From Macrostomum lignano (taxonomy: Eukaryota): a stretch of DNA of 64,000 bases. The stretch covers positions 372,001 to 436,000 of the forward strand of contig NIVC01000455.1 of assembly GCA_002269645.1 (NCBI GenBank). The letters run 5' to 3'. Of the stretch, positions 35,829 to 49,417 are shown in pieces (positions within the stretch are counted from its first letter, which is position 1; each line of letters begins with the position of its first letter). The notes beneath the pieces are model-generated. The model saw only the letters and a program-made list of their open reading frames with translations, was not told where the DNA came from and ran no database searches. The position numbers were made by a program, and so were the translations under genes.

Positions 35829-36826
35829 GCTGTTTGATATTCGTGGCCACCGCCGCTCGGCACCCGGAGTTTCTGGCGTCTCAAACTCGAATTCGCTCTC
35901 TGCTGCTCGACGAGAGCCGCAACTGCGGCAGAGACCACAACAATAACAGCAACAAAGACTCTGAGAACAGAGACCAGACGCAAGCAGCCGGCTGGAGCGA
36001 TGCCGGATTTTACTTTCAGGCTGCTGACGACGAGGACGTTCGGAACAAAGGCAAACTATTGGCGACCTGCTTCCACTGCGGCCTTCGCTGTCAGCAGCTG
36101 CCTGACGCCGCTGCGGATGCCCTGCGGCTGCACCTGAGCAGCAGCCCGGCTTGCCAGCTCGCGCGCCTCCTGCAGGCGGCCGACAGCGGCGCGGTGCCCG
36201 TCGAAGACGCTGCAAAGCTGCGCCGGGCCTGCGCCAAACTGTTCAAAGACTTCTTCGTCCGCTCCGAGCTGCTGGGTCACGTGACCTCCTACGGCTTCGA
36301 CCGTCGCCAGGTTGCCTTCGCGGTGTGCCGGGAGTTCATGCGCAGCCGGGACGGCAGGGTGCTCAGCGGCAGCCGGCCGGGAGACATCATCCAGCTGCTG
36401 CACCAGTCCGAAGCCACACTGGACGCTCTGCTGCACAGCGACGCCGTGATTGACATCGAGCTGGCTCTGACTGAGGCTTGCCAGCCGCGCGACGAACAAC
36501 AGCTGGAGACGCCGATGTTGTCGGCAGCAGCAGCAGCACTGCCGGCCAGGTCGCAGGCTCCCAGTCCGCTGCAGCAGCAGCAGCAGCAGCAGCAGTTGCA
36601 GGAGCAAAATAACTCACCAGCCACCGACAGCTGCAGCTCCAAGGCAGCCAGCTCCGCTGAGGTCGCGTCATCAGACCAATGCGTCTCCTGCCAGTCCGCG
36701 CGCCGCTCCCACGTGACCCTGCCGTGTGCCCACTTCCTGCTGTGCACAGGTTGCTTGTCGCACAGGGCCAGCTGTCCGAAATGTGGCGCCGGCATCTTAG
36801 CCAGCCTCAGAGCCTTCATTGCTTAA
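35829..36826 (+). CDS. Inhibitor-of-apoptosis-like protein, main exon (divergent BIR + C-terminal RING)
   Basis: HPEF..RIRS..AGFY..CFHC-x17-H-x6-C BIR-like motif (35861-36154); UBA-like segment around SYGFDRRQV; polyQ; IAP-type RING CVSC..PCAHFLLCTGC..CPKC (36680-36784) at the C-terminus. Confidence 0.85.
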
Positions 36827-36892
36827 GAGAGCTCGACCGAATGCATGGGCAGTGCAGCAAGGCCCTCTGAGCACAAACCGCTAAGCACATAA

Positions 36893-37002
36893 GACACCAG
36901 AGGACACCAGAGGACACCAGAGGACACCAGAGGACACCAGAGGACACCAGAGGACACCAGAGGACACCAGAGGACACCAGAGGACACCAGAGGACACCAG
37001 AG
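36893..37002. repeat. 10-bp tandem repeat (GACACCAGAG)x11 downstream of the IAP stop codon
   Basis: Perfect units. Confidence 0.98.
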
Positions 37003-37442
37003 AGCGCATCCATCCACCTGGCCATCCTGCGCGCTCAAAACGAAGTTACATCAGACTTAATGTGTAGCCCATTTTATCTTTTATATGGATCTCTTTCATA
37101 TTTTACTCATCTTCTATCTTCTATCTAATCTTCTAAATATACTAAATCTCTAATATTTGTATGCTTGCTTGTCCATAACGCTCTAGAGATTGCAATTCTT
37201 CACCGATTTTTATCGCGTTTTCGCCAAAAGATTTGTAATCAGCCCAGGATTGTATGGTTAAAATCTAAATATACTAAATCTCTAAGGTTTGTTTGTATGT
37301 TTGTCCATAATCTAAATATACTAAATCTTCTAATCTAAATATACTAAATCTCTAAGGTTTGTATGCTTGCTTGCTTGCTTGTCCATAACGCTCTAGTCTT
37401 CTTCTAAATATACTAAATCTCTAATATTTGTATGCTTGCTTG

Positions 37443-38546
37443 CAGTGTTGGGCACTTCCGTTACCGAGTAACTTGCAAATGGTAACGCAAGTTACTTTTT
37501 CGTAAAGCGTTCCTTACGCAAGTTACTTTTTTATTTTAGTAACGGAGTAACGGTAAGTTACTCAAATTTCGGAAGTCCGTTACAGTTACTTTGCAACAAT
37601 CGCAATATTTAAATTAAAAACTGAAATGCTTAGCTAGTACGCCGGTTGTCACATGTTTTTGCATTTTTCATTCATAAATTCAAAATTAAGTGAATAGTAT
37701 CATATGGTATTGCGTTTAATTAATGAAGAAATACTTGAAACATGTATTACTTTGTTAATATTGGTAAAATATTTTCGCCTTTCATTGAGGCTTTTCATAT
37801 TACCAATTCCAGAATCAGAATCGGTTCGGATCTTCCAAGAAAAACAGCAGTATAACTATTTAATTCTGTTGAATGTTTGACTGCCTTAACAACCTCACAT
37901 AGCACAATTTTTCACTTTCTTCTTAGCGATTTTCATTCAATAATAAAAACTTTATAGCACGTATCTCCCTCTAGTTATGGAGACAAAAAGTTATACTTCA
38001 CAAATTGGTTCTGATTCTGGAACCAGAACTAGCTATATGAAAAGGCCCATTTTCGTTACTAAAAATTTTCAAGTTTGATTCAAACAAACAACCAAAGAAA
38101 GAAATTCATCTGTAGCCTCCACAAGTCCCTCCACTGGCACTGCAGTACACTACACCATTTTATACAGTTCTATTTATTTTACTCTATTGAATTATTGATA
38201 TTCGTTTATTTTATCATTTATAATTTTAATTATTGATTGCCATTGCCCATTGGTCCTTCTATTTGCCTCACATCGTGTCGCCAATTCCTGTCTCTGTCTG
38301 TTAATCGGTTAATCCCAATGCCCAATGGCAAATTTCGGTAACAACAATGTGAAAAAATGTGCAATGTGAAAAAAGCAGAAAATTTTGTTAATAACATGGG
38401 TAACGGAAGTGAGTAACGGACAGTAACTTAAAAGTTACCAGGTTTTTGTCTAAAGTTACTAGGCTAACGTAAGTTACTTTTTAAAAATTGGTAACTTAAG
38501 TTACAGTAACGCAAGTTACTTTTTTTAAGTAACTTGCCCAACACTG
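37443..38546. mobile_element. hAT-like non-autonomous element (1104 bp) nested in a Helitron 5' microsatellite
   Basis: 12-bp perfect TIR CAGTGTTGGGCA, GTAAC/GTTAC subterminal repeats, 8-bp flanking repeat CTTGCTTG; Helitron sequence resumes at 38547. Confidence 0.8.
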
Positions 38547-39450
38547 CTTGCTTGCTTGCTTGTCCATAACGCTCTAGAGATTGCAATTCTTCACCGATTT
38601 TGATCGCGTTTTCGCCAAAAGATTCAAAATTGTCTGGAAAGAAGACAGTTAAAATTTCTTGTATCTGCTTCAATGCTAAAGGGATTAAATATTCGAAAAA
38701 CATGCTTTTTTGCAAAGGTCAAGCAGCTCTTTCGACTTGAAATGCGCTGTAAGAATGCTAGAGAAAAACCGACTGACTGAATTCTGATTTTGATAAAGAT
38801 TGCATCACAACAAGTTGAAAACACTGTGCCAAGTTGAAAGACAGAAATTGCGTAACCATATTGCTAACTTTAATTGAGACTGATGCTGACTGCCTGAGTA
38901 TTTGATTATGTCATAGCTGCTTCGTGTGACTTTCACTCGAAGAGAATTTGTGTTAGTATTTGCATAACGTTCTAGAGATAGAACCAATTGACCAATTTTA
39001 ATCGCGTTTTTACGAAAAGATTTGTAATTAACTGGAAAGAAGACAGTTAAAATTTCTTTAATTGGCTTTAATGCTAAAGGTATCAAATATTCGAAAAACG
39101 AGTTTTCCCAATGCTTTTAATGGAAGGCCAAGCAAGGTTGAATTCTTGACTGGACTGGCTGAATTCCAATTCCAATTATGATTGCGCCATAACTTTTCTC
39201 TCTCCACTGTGTAAGCTTCAATACTGGTTGCAGTGTGCAAGGAGAAAAAATGCTCAGTGGCTGCGTGTGTACATTCTGACCCTGGCTCTGACTGGCGGAC
39301 TCCATAGAAAATTGCTATTTATAGATTTCACTCAATCAACTGTGCATTGGCTCCGCCTGCACGCCTACACACTGAGCAGCCTATCACTGCTATGTATTTA
39401 AATGCAGTTCTGAAGCATATATGGCTGATTTTGTTGTCCTCCCATCAATA

Positions 39451-39530
39451 GGCGGAGTAGCCGCAGTGTAGGCACTTAGGACTAGGTTTAGGCTAGACGT
39501 AAGGTCCAAGGTTCGAGTCTGCCTCCCCGG
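39451..39530 (+). other. tRNA-like Pol III promoter (A/B box) inside Helitron body
   Basis: TAGCCGCAGTG and GGTTCGAGTCT; no clean cloverleaf. Confidence 0.45.
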
Positions 39531-40860
39531 CGGATAATAAAAATTCAAATAATTCAATAATTTATAGATTGTGCCTGGACTAATTGAAACATTTTTATTT
39601 AATTTCAATTGAAACATTTTTTTATTAATTAGCAATTCATTTTTTGCTACTCGGCACAAGCCACTAATCAAATTTGATTTGTAAAAACTGCTTCGAGTAT
39701 AACTGATCCCATCAATGGGTATTGTCTAGCTCCATAAAAGTACGAAACTACTAAACTGCAGAAAATGCTGCTAAATGCTGAGCTTTTCAAGACTGCCGAT
39801 ATGTATCGAAAATTGATTAGTGAGCCGTACAATTCTGAGCAAATTGCAGTTTGCAGAGGAGACTGAGGAGCCGGCCGAGAGGAGAACTGCAGGCTGCTGA
39901 GAGAATGAATGAAAATTGTTAATGGTACAGTTGTAGACTGAAAATGAAATGACTGCAGACTGCTGAGGGGAACTGCAGACTGTCGAAGGGATCATTGCAG
40001 ATTGCAAAGGGGAAACAACTGCAAACTGCTGAGGTAGTTCCTCCAGACGTATGAGCGTATAGCTGCAGACTGCTGAGAGGGAAAACTGCGGACTAATTAG
40101 AGGATAATGGCAGACTTCTGAGGCTTATAACTAACTATTGAGTTTTGAGTGGATATTTACTGTGGAAGACTAAGTACAAGTTGTTTAGGGGATTTCTGCG
40201 GCTGCTAAGTGAAATATTTTTGGCTAAGGGGACAATTCTATGCCGCTGAGGGTATGCATTCTTAATTTTAATAAAAGTTTTAAAATGCAAAGTGGATGAT
40301 AAATGCCGGCTGCTAAGAAATAACTGCAGTCTTTTTGCGGGATTAGATGAAGGGATAATTTCAGGTTGTTGTGGGGATAAATGCCGATTTCCGGGGGTTA
40401 ACTTCAAACGGCTGAAGTTGCTAAACTAGATTATTTCGACCACATGTCAATAGGCACAATAGCCGCAGTAGGCAGGCAGTATCAAGCAGAAGCAAACAGA
40501 ATGCTTTGATGTCAGCAGTTCGAGCCTGCATTGAAGCAGCGAATTTATCTTTATGACCTGTGACAATAATGATTGCATACTATGCAGATTCATGGAGATG
40601 GTAAACACTTAAATTTAAAGATACTTTTGCTGGGGCTGCGTTAGTCTTCTAGAGCAGTGCTAATCTGCTGTAAGTGCTAATTTGCAAAGGGTCTAATCTG
40701 GGTGAGCAGTGCTAATCTGACGTACAATGAATTAATAAATATGCAAGAGAATTGCAAATCAATTTTAAACTGCAAGTTGCAAACATTTCAAATGGTTTCG
40801 ATTATTGAGAAGCATATGGAGATCAGTAGCCATCTGCTCCCAGATTTTGCGGAACAGTGC

Positions 40861-41070
40861 CGGTGAACCATTGCTAAACTGCTGGTGAATCATTGCTAAA
40901 CTGCTGGTGAACCATTGCTAAACTGCTGGTGAACCATTGCTAAACTGCTGGTGAACCATCGCTAAAGTGATGGTAAACCATTGCTAAACTGCTGGTGAAC
41001 CATTGCTAAACTGCTGGTGAACCATCGCTAAAGTGATGGTAAACCATTGCTAAAGTGATGGTAAACCACT
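40861..41070. repeat. 22-bp minisatellite CTGGTGAACCATTGCTAAACTG
   Basis: About 9 copies. Confidence 0.95.
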
Positions 41071-43819
41071 GTAAGTTTTTAATAAATGCTACTTTAAACA
41101 GAAGAAAACTCAACACAAGAAAAAGCGACAAAAGAATCATCATGTCAACCATAAAAGAAGCGGTCTGTCGAGAATAAAATACTCAATGTGAATTGCTAAG
41201 ATGTCAAGGCTGGTATGGAAAATTTCTGTGATATCAAGACTCATGGGAGAATTTCTAAGATCTCAAGGCTCAGCGGTAATTGCTATAATGATGTGATTCT
41301 GGGGAGAATTGCTTTGATTTCAAAGCTTGAGTTCAATTGCTGCGATGTCGATCTTAATGAGGGAATTTCTGAGATGTCAAGGCTTACTGGGGAATTATTG
41401 AGATTTCAAGGCTTACTGGGCCATGGGCCAGATCAAGGCCCATGAGAGAAATTCTGAGATGTCTTGTCAAGTCTCAGAGGGAAATTCCTATACTGATGTG
41501 ATTCTAGGCAGAATTGCTTTGATTACAAATTTCATTTGAGAATTTTCTGAGGTATCAAGGCTCATTAAAATTATTTGCTGTCAAGGCTCATGGAAATAAT
41601 TTCTGGAATGCTGTGGCTCTTGAGGGAATTGCCGACAATGTTAGGGTAAGAGTAAGACGTAAACCATATAAATAAATAGGCCTGTCTAACATTAAATACT
41701 CATTGGGGAATTGCTAAGTTGTAAAGGCTCTTGGGGGGGATATCCGAATTATAATGTGGCTCAATGCTCAGGGGGATTGTTGTGATTGCAGTACCTGCTC
41801 ATATTGCCGAAATTTTGTGGCTCAAATAGGAGTTGCTGAGATATCAAGGCTCATTGGGGAATAGCTGAGATTTCAAAGCTCACGGGGGATCCCTGTAATG
41901 CTGTAGGCTGTGACTCTTGGGTATTGCTGAGATGCTAAGATTCACGGGGGAATGACTGAGATTTCAAAGGCTCCTAAAGCGAATAGCTGAAATTCAGGAA
42001 ATGTCAAGGTTCATTGGGTATTTGTTGAAATGCTGTGACTTGGCAGGGTTAGTTTTCAGCCATAAGACTCATGTGAAAGTGCCAAGATATCAAAAGGTTA
42101 GTCGCTAAAGTTTCATGCTCATGGGAAAATTGCTAAGATTTCAAAAGCTCATTGGGGAATTGCTGAAATTCTCGGGCTGAGAGAGGGAGTTGCTGAAATG
42201 CTGTGACTCGGCTGCAGGTTAAGGGTTAGGGTTTGAGTTTAATTAGAGCGATCGTCGTGTCAATCATAAATGATTCATTAAGGAATTTCTAAGATTAAAG
42301 GCTCTTGGGGCGAATTAGTTATATGCTTTGGCTCTTCGGGAATTGCTGACAGTTCAAGGCTTTCGGTGAAATTTATATTTCAAAGCTTATGAGGAAGTTA
42401 CTTAAATGCTCAGGCTCAAGGCTCACGGGGGAGATTGCTAACATGCCAAGACTCACTTATGGGTTAGGGTTAGGGGCTTAGGGTCAGTTTTGGTTCAATC
42501 ATAGAATAACCACTCTGTTAACCATCAACTAAAGACTTGCTAAGATGGGAGTTGCTAAGATATCAAAGCTCATGAATGGAATCGCTGAGTTGACAAGGCT
42601 TATGAAGAAATTGCTGAGGTATCAAGGCTCATAAGGGGATTGCTGAATTCTTGGGGGAGGGGAGTTGGGTTGTTGGGATGTCAAGGCTTACTCAGCTGAG
42701 AGAACTGCGTAGATGTCAAGGCTCGAGTTTAATTGCTGCGATTTCGATGCTTAATGGGGGAACTGCTGAGATGTCAAGTCTTACTGGGAATTGCTAAGAT
42801 GTCAAGTTTTACTGGGAATTGCTAAAATGTGAAGGCTTTCTGGGGGAATGCTGAGATTTCAAGGCTTACTGGGGAAATGCTTAGATTTCAAGGCTTACTG
42901 GGGGGATTCCTCAGATGTCAAGGCTTATTGGGGGAATTGCTGAGATGTTAAGGCTTACTGGGGGAATTGCAGAGATTTCAAGGCTTACTGCGGCAATTGC
43001 TAAGATGTGAAGTCTTTGTGGGGGAATCGCTAATATTTCAAGGCTTACTGGGAGAATCACTGAGATGTCAATGCTTACTGGGGGAATTGCTGAGATCTCA
43101 AGGCTTCTCAGCAATTCTTAGCAAGTATTAGCAATTGTTAGCTAAGTTGCATATTCTTAGCAATTCTTAGCAATTTTTGTCAAGGCTTACGGGGGTAATT
43201 GCTGAGATTTCAAGGCTTACTGGGGGAATTGCTGAGATGTCAAGACTTACTGGGGGAATTGCTGATATGTCAAGGCTTACTGGGGGAATTGCTAAGATGA
43301 CAAGGCTCATGGACGATGGCTGAATTGTTGGGGGTGTTAGGTTGTTGGGCGATTGTCAGATAGTCAGGTAGTACGGCTGAAGTAGCTCATGTAATTCAGA
43401 TAGTGAAATAGTACACACAAGTGATGCTGATTTCTGCTAATAGGAAATACCAGCGCATTTATTTAAGGTTTCATTCTTTGATTTAGGCTAATTAAGAGAG
43501 AGGGTCTAAGGCCGTCAATCATTTGCATATTTGCTGCGGATAAGAATATGCCCCGGCCAGCGACGATATGCACTAAGAGTTTGTGCTTGAAAGGATCAGC
43601 ACTATTTGCTGATTGAGAAAGGGTTTTGGGCTGATGAAGGAAACTATGGCTGATGAAAGTTCTGATTCATGGCGATTTATTTTTGCTAAAATGAGAAAAG
43701 GTAATTTTTGAATAATGGAAATCAACATTTTGGATAATTATAGTAAGGTTACTCTTGGGTCAAAATAAAAACCAATTGGTTTCATTTTATGGCTCCCCAG
43801 CGGGGGGCTAAATGGCTAG

Positions 43820-46800
43820 TCTATCTAATCTTCTAAATATACTAAATCTCTAATATTTGTATGCTTGCTTGCTTGCTTGCTTGCTTGTCCATAATCTAAA
43901 TATACTAAATCTCTAATATTTGTTTGTTTGTTTGTATGCTTGAATGTCCATAACGCTCTAGAGACTGCAATTCTTCACCGATTTTGATCGCGTTTTCGCC
44001 AAAAAGTTGCAACTCAACCAAGGATTGTATGGTTAACATTTCTTTTATCTGCTTCAATTCTAAAGGTCTTAAATATTCAAAAAACTGTATTTTCCCTATC
44101 TAATTAGTGTATTTTTCTCGCAGTGAGAGCTCGAAAAATAATAATACGTCTATGGCCATAGACTAAACTTTAATTTCTTGACCTGATGCTACGCTCGTAC
44201 AATCGAGCTATAAATAGTTAAATATTCGAAAAAATGCTTTTTGCATGATTGAGAGAAATCAGCCAGTGCATTTTAAAAGTATTGAAGTATTGCGCAACTA
44301 GGTGTATATTTGCACAACGGAGAGAAAAATACTCAGTGGCTGTGTTATTTTTGCTATTCGGCTAAACTCCTGAAGGTATTGCTAAATTCTGAGTTGCGCA
44401 AACAACTGCCGATTGATTAGTGTGCCGTACTATAAATGCTGAGCAATTTTTTAGACTAATAAAAGGATCATTGCAGTTTGCTAAGGAGACTAAAAAGCCG
44501 GCCGAGAGTAGAACTGCAGACTGCTAAATTGGGGAGAGCAGTGCTAATCTGGAATTATTGAGCCATATGCACACTCATTGAGTGAAAAAGTACTGGTGAA
44601 GCATTGCTAAACTGCTGGTGAAGCATTGCTAAACTGCTGGTGAACCATTGCTAAACTGCTGGTGAACCATTGCTAAACTGCTGGTGAAGCATTGCTAAAC
44701 TTCTGGTGAAGCATTGCTAAACTGCTGGTGAAGCATTGCTAAACTGCTGGTGAACCATTGCTAAACTGCTGGTGAACCATTGCTAAACTGCTGGTGAACC
44801 ATTGCTAAACTGCTGGTGAAGCATTGCTAAACTGCTGGTGAAGCATTGCTAAACTGCTGGTGAAGCATTGCTAAACTTCTGGTGAAGCATTGCTAAACTG
44901 CATTGCTAAACTATATTGCTAAACTGCAGAAAGCTATAGTGAAATATTGTTTTTTTATTAAAAACTTCTTTTAAAGAGAAGAAAACGCAAAGGCAAGAAA
45001 AAACGAACAAGAATCATCATGTCAATTATAAAAGATGCGCCCTGTCGAAAGTAAAAGTCTCATTGGGAATTGCTAAGATTGTTAAGACTGCTAAGACTAT
45101 TGCTACGAGCATAATGCTGGTATGGAAAATTGCTGTGATATATAAATTTGATATATCATGATGATATATCAATAAATACTCATGGGAGGATTTATAAGAT
45201 CTCAAGGCACAAGGGGAATTGCTATAATTGTCATTCTGTTGAGAATTGCTTTGATTTCAAGGTTCATTTGTGAAATTGCAGAAATAAATTGTTGAAATGC
45301 AAGTGCCAAGATATCAAAAGGTATCAAAAGTCACTCAATTTTCAGGCTCATGGGGAAATTACTAAAATTTCCAAAGCTCATTGGGGAATTGCTGAAATTC
45401 TGCTGCAGGTTAAGGGTAGGCTTAGGGTTCAATTATAGCGCGATCGTCGTGTCAATCATTAATGATCCATCGAGGAATTGCTAAGATTAAATGCTCTTTG
45501 GGCGAATTACTTAAATGCTTTGGCTCTACGGGGAATTGCTGACAGGTCAAGGCTTCCGGTGAAATTTAGATTCAAAAGCTTATGAGGAAGTTACTTTAAT
45601 GCTGAGGCTCAAGGCTCATTGTCGAAATTGCTAACATGCCAAGACTCACTTATGGGTAGGTTTGGGGGCTTAGGGTCAGTTTTGGTTCAATCATAGATTA
45701 ACCGCTGTCAACCATCAATTAAAGACTTGCTAAGATATCTAAGCTCATCGGGGAATAGCTGAGTTGTCAAGGCTTATAAGGGGATTGCTGAGTTATCAAG
45801 GCTTATAAGGGGATTGCTGAATTCTTGGGAGAGGGGAGTTGGGTTGTTGGGATGTCAAGGCTAAATACTGCGCTGGGAGAATTGCATAGATGTCGAGGCT
45901 GGAGTTTAATTGCTGCGATGTCGAGGCTTAATGGGGTTATTCCTGAGATATCAAGGCTTACTGGGGGAATTGCTGAGACTTCAAGGCTTACTGGGGGAAT
46001 TTCTGAGATTTCAAGGCTTACTCAGGAAATTGCTGAGATTTCAAGGCTTTCTTGGATGAATTGCTGAGATGTCAAGGCTTACTGGGGGAATTGCTTAGAC
46101 TTCAAGACTTACTGGAAGAATTACTGAGATTCGAGACTTACTGGGGAATTACTGAGATTTCAAGGCTCACTGGGGGGAATCGCTGAATTGTCAAGGTTCA
46201 CTGGGGGAATTGCTGAGATGTCAAGGCTTACTGGGGAAATTATTGAGATGTCATCAAAGCTTATGGCATATTGAGCTCCTGCTGCGGACCAGAATATGCC
46301 CAGGCCAATGACGATATGCCCTAAGAGTTTGTGCTTGAAAGGATAAGTACTATTTGCTGAATGAGAAAGGGTTTTGGGCTGATGAAGGAAACTTTGGCTG
46401 GTGAAGGTTTTGATTCATGGCAACTGGGGGAATTGCTGAGATGTCAAGGCTTACTGGGAGGAATTACTGAGTTGTCAAGGCTTACTGGGGGAAATGCTGA
46501 GACTTCAAGGCTTACTGGAGAATTTCTGAGATTTCAAGGCTTACTGGGGGAATTGCTGAGATTTCAAGGCTTACTGCATGGGGGTATTGCTGAGATGTCA
46601 AGGCTAACTGGGGGAATTGCTGAGATGTCATCAAGGCTTATGGCATATTGAGCTCCTGCTGCGGACCAGAATATGCTCAGGCCAATGACGATATGCACTA
46701 AGAGTTTGTGCTTGAAAGGATAAGTACTATTTGCTGAATGAGAAAGGCTTTTGGGCTGATGAAGGAAACTTTGGCTGGTTAAGGTTTTGATTCATAGCAA

Positions 46801-46939
46801 TTTATTTTTGCCAAAAATGAGAAAAAGTAAGTTTTGACTAATGGATTTTGAATAATAAGTAAGGTTTTTACTCATAGGCCAAAATAAAAACCATTTGGCG
46901 TCATTCTTGCGTCCCCCAACGGGGGGCTTAAATTGCTAG
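43820..46939 (+). mobile_element. Non-autonomous Helitron, long family
   Basis: TC start directly after the previous CTAG; hairpin GTCCCCCAACGGGGGGC then CTAG 46936-46939. Confidence 0.85.
44593..44930. repeat. 22-bp minisatellite, ~15 copies
   Basis: CTGGTGAA(C/G)CATTGCTAAACT(G/T) with period 22. Confidence 0.95.
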
Positions 46940-49417
46940 TCTTCTTCTTCTAAATATACTAAATCTCTAATATTTGTATGCTTGCTTGCTTGTCTTTCTT
47001 ATATACTAAATCTCTAATCTATGTCTGTCTGTCTGTCCGTGTAAAACGCTCTACAGACTGCAATTCTTGACCAATTTCGATCGCGTTTTCACCAAAAAGT
47101 TGCAACTCAACCAAGGATTGTATGGTTAACATTTCTTTTATCTGCTTCACTTCTAAAGGTCTTAAATATTCAAAAAACTGTATTTTCCCTATCTAATTAG
47201 TGTATTTTTGTCGCAGTGAGAGCTCGAAAAATAATAATACGTCTATGGCCATAGACTAAACTTTAACTTCTTGAGCTGATGCTGTGAGCTATAAATAATT
47301 AAATATTCGCAAGCTTCAGTTTATGCACGTAGGAGATAAGATAAAATGAAATAAAATTTTCATTTATTTGTAGCTTGTACCTGCCTGGACTAATCGCTAA
47401 ATTGCAGACGATGCAAAATCTTCGTTGCATTGATGTGCAAAAGACTGCCAATATCTATCGAAATCTATCGAGAAGCCGTACAATTATTGAAAGGATCATT
47501 GCAGCTTCCTGAGGATACTGAGGGGCCAGCAAAGAGGAAAACTGCAGACTGCTGAGAATGAGAATTGTTGTAGACTGCAAATGGAATGACCGCAGGTTGC
47601 TGAGGAGAACTGCAGATTGTCAAAGGGATCATTCATTTAGACTGCAAAGTTGAAAAACGAAAAACTGCTGAGGTAGTTCCTCCAGACTTATGAGTGTATA
47701 GCTGCAAACTTCCGGGATAACTATCTACAGAGTTTAAGTGGATAATAACTGTGAATGATTAAGTGCAAGTTGTTGAGGGGATAACTGCAGACTGCTGAGT
47801 GAAGGTTTTGATTCATGGTAACTGGGGGAATTGCTGAGATTTCAAGGCTTACTGGGGGAATTCTGAGATGTCAAGGCTAACTGGGGGAATTACTGAGATG
47901 TCAAGGCTAACTGGGGGAATTGCTGAAATGTCAACGCTTACTGGGGGAATTTCTGAAATGTCAACGCTTACTGGGGGGATTGCTGAGATGTCAAGGCTTA
48001 CTGGGGGAATTGCTGGGATGTCAAGGCTTGGGGAGAATTGCTGAGTTGTTAAGGCTTATTTGGGGGAATTGCTGAGATTTCAAGGCTTGCTGCGGGGAAT
48101 TGCTGAGATGTCAAGGCTTACTCGGGGAATTGCTGAGATTTCAAGGCTTGCTGGGGGAATTGCTGAGATGTCAAGGCTTACTAGGAGGAATTGCTGAGAT
48201 GTCAAGGCTTACTTGGGGGAATTGCTGCGACTTCAAGGCTTGCTGCGGGGAATTGCTGAGATGTCAAGGCTTACTCGGGGAATTGCTGAGATTTCAAGGC
48301 TTGCTGGGGGGAATTGCTGAGATGTCAAGGCTTACTAGGAGGAATTGCTGAGATGTCAAGGCTTACTGGGGAATTGCTGCGACTTCAAGGCTTACTGGGG
48401 GAATTTCTGAGATTTCAAGGCTTACTGGGGGGATTGCTGAGATGTCAAGGCTTACTGGGGGAATTGCTGGGATGTCAAGGCTTGGGGAGAATTGCTGAGT
48501 TGTTAAGGCTTATTTGGGGGAATTGCTGAGATTTCAAGGCTTGCTGCGGGGAATTGCTGAGATGTCAAGGCTTACTCGGGGAATTGCTGAGATTTCAAGG
48601 CTTGCTGGGGGAATTGCTGAGATGTCAAGGCTTACTAGGAGGAATTGCTGAGATGTCAAGGCTTACTTGGGGGAATTGCTGCGACTTCAAGGCTTGCTGC
48701 GGGGAATTGCTGAGATGTCAAGGCTTACTCGGGGAATTGCTGAGATTTCAAGGCTTGCTGGGGGAATTGCTGAGATGTCAAGGCTTACTAGGAGGAATTG
48801 CTGAGATGTCAAGGCTTACTTGGGGGAATTGCTGCGACTTCAAGGCTAATTGGGGGAATTTCCGAGATTTCAAGGCTTACTGGGGGAATTCTGAGATGTC
48901 AAAACTAACTGGGGGAATTACTGAGATGTCAAGGCTAACTGGGGAATTACTGAGATGTCAAGGCTAACTGGGGGAATAGCTGAGATGTCAAGGCTAACTG
49001 GGGGAATTACTGAGATGTCAAGGCTTACTGGGGAATTGCTGAGATGTCAAGGCTAACTGGGGGAATTGCCGAAATGTCAACGCTTACTGGGGGGAAGTGC
49101 TGAGTTGTCAAGGCTTACTGGGGGAATTGCTGAGATTTCAAGGCTTAATCGGGGAATTGCTGAGATTTCAAGGCTTGCTGGGGGGAATTGCTGAGATGTC
49201 AAGGCTTACTAGGAGGAATTGCTGAGATGTCAAGGCTTACTGGGGGGAATTACTGAGATGTCAAGGCTTACTGAGGGTATTGCTGAGATTTCAAGGCTTA
49301 CTGGGGGAATCACTGAGATGTCAAGGCTTACTGGGGGTAAGGTTATTACTCATAGGCCAAAATAAAAACCATTTAGCGTCATTCTTGCGTCCCCCAACGG
49401 GGGGCTTAAATGGCTAG
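46940..49417 (+). mobile_element. Non-autonomous Helitron, long family, with ~1.5 kb of 30-bp minisatellite
   Basis: TC start; same 3' hairpin; CTAG 49414-49417; minisatellite ~47820-49340. Confidence 0.85.

Larger units (their letters stand above)
37110..43819 (+). mobile_element. Composite/nested non-autonomous Helitron block
   Basis: A|TC start, TCTAAATATACTAAATCTCTAA 5' motif with (GCTT)/(GTTT) microsatellite repeated several times; 3' hairpin GCTCCCCAGCGGGGGGC (43792-43808) then CTAG 43816-43819 and T. Confidence 0.75.

Noticed and set aside
35811-36870. Several overlapping ORFs around the IAP exon
   Set aside because: Alternative-frame or antisense shadows of a GC-rich coding exon
46379-46395. 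CTGATGAAGGAAAC hammerhead-like or C/D-box-like motif in the 170-bp Helitron spacer
   Set aside because: No room for stem II, no flanking stem I, and no terminal stem for a snoRNA
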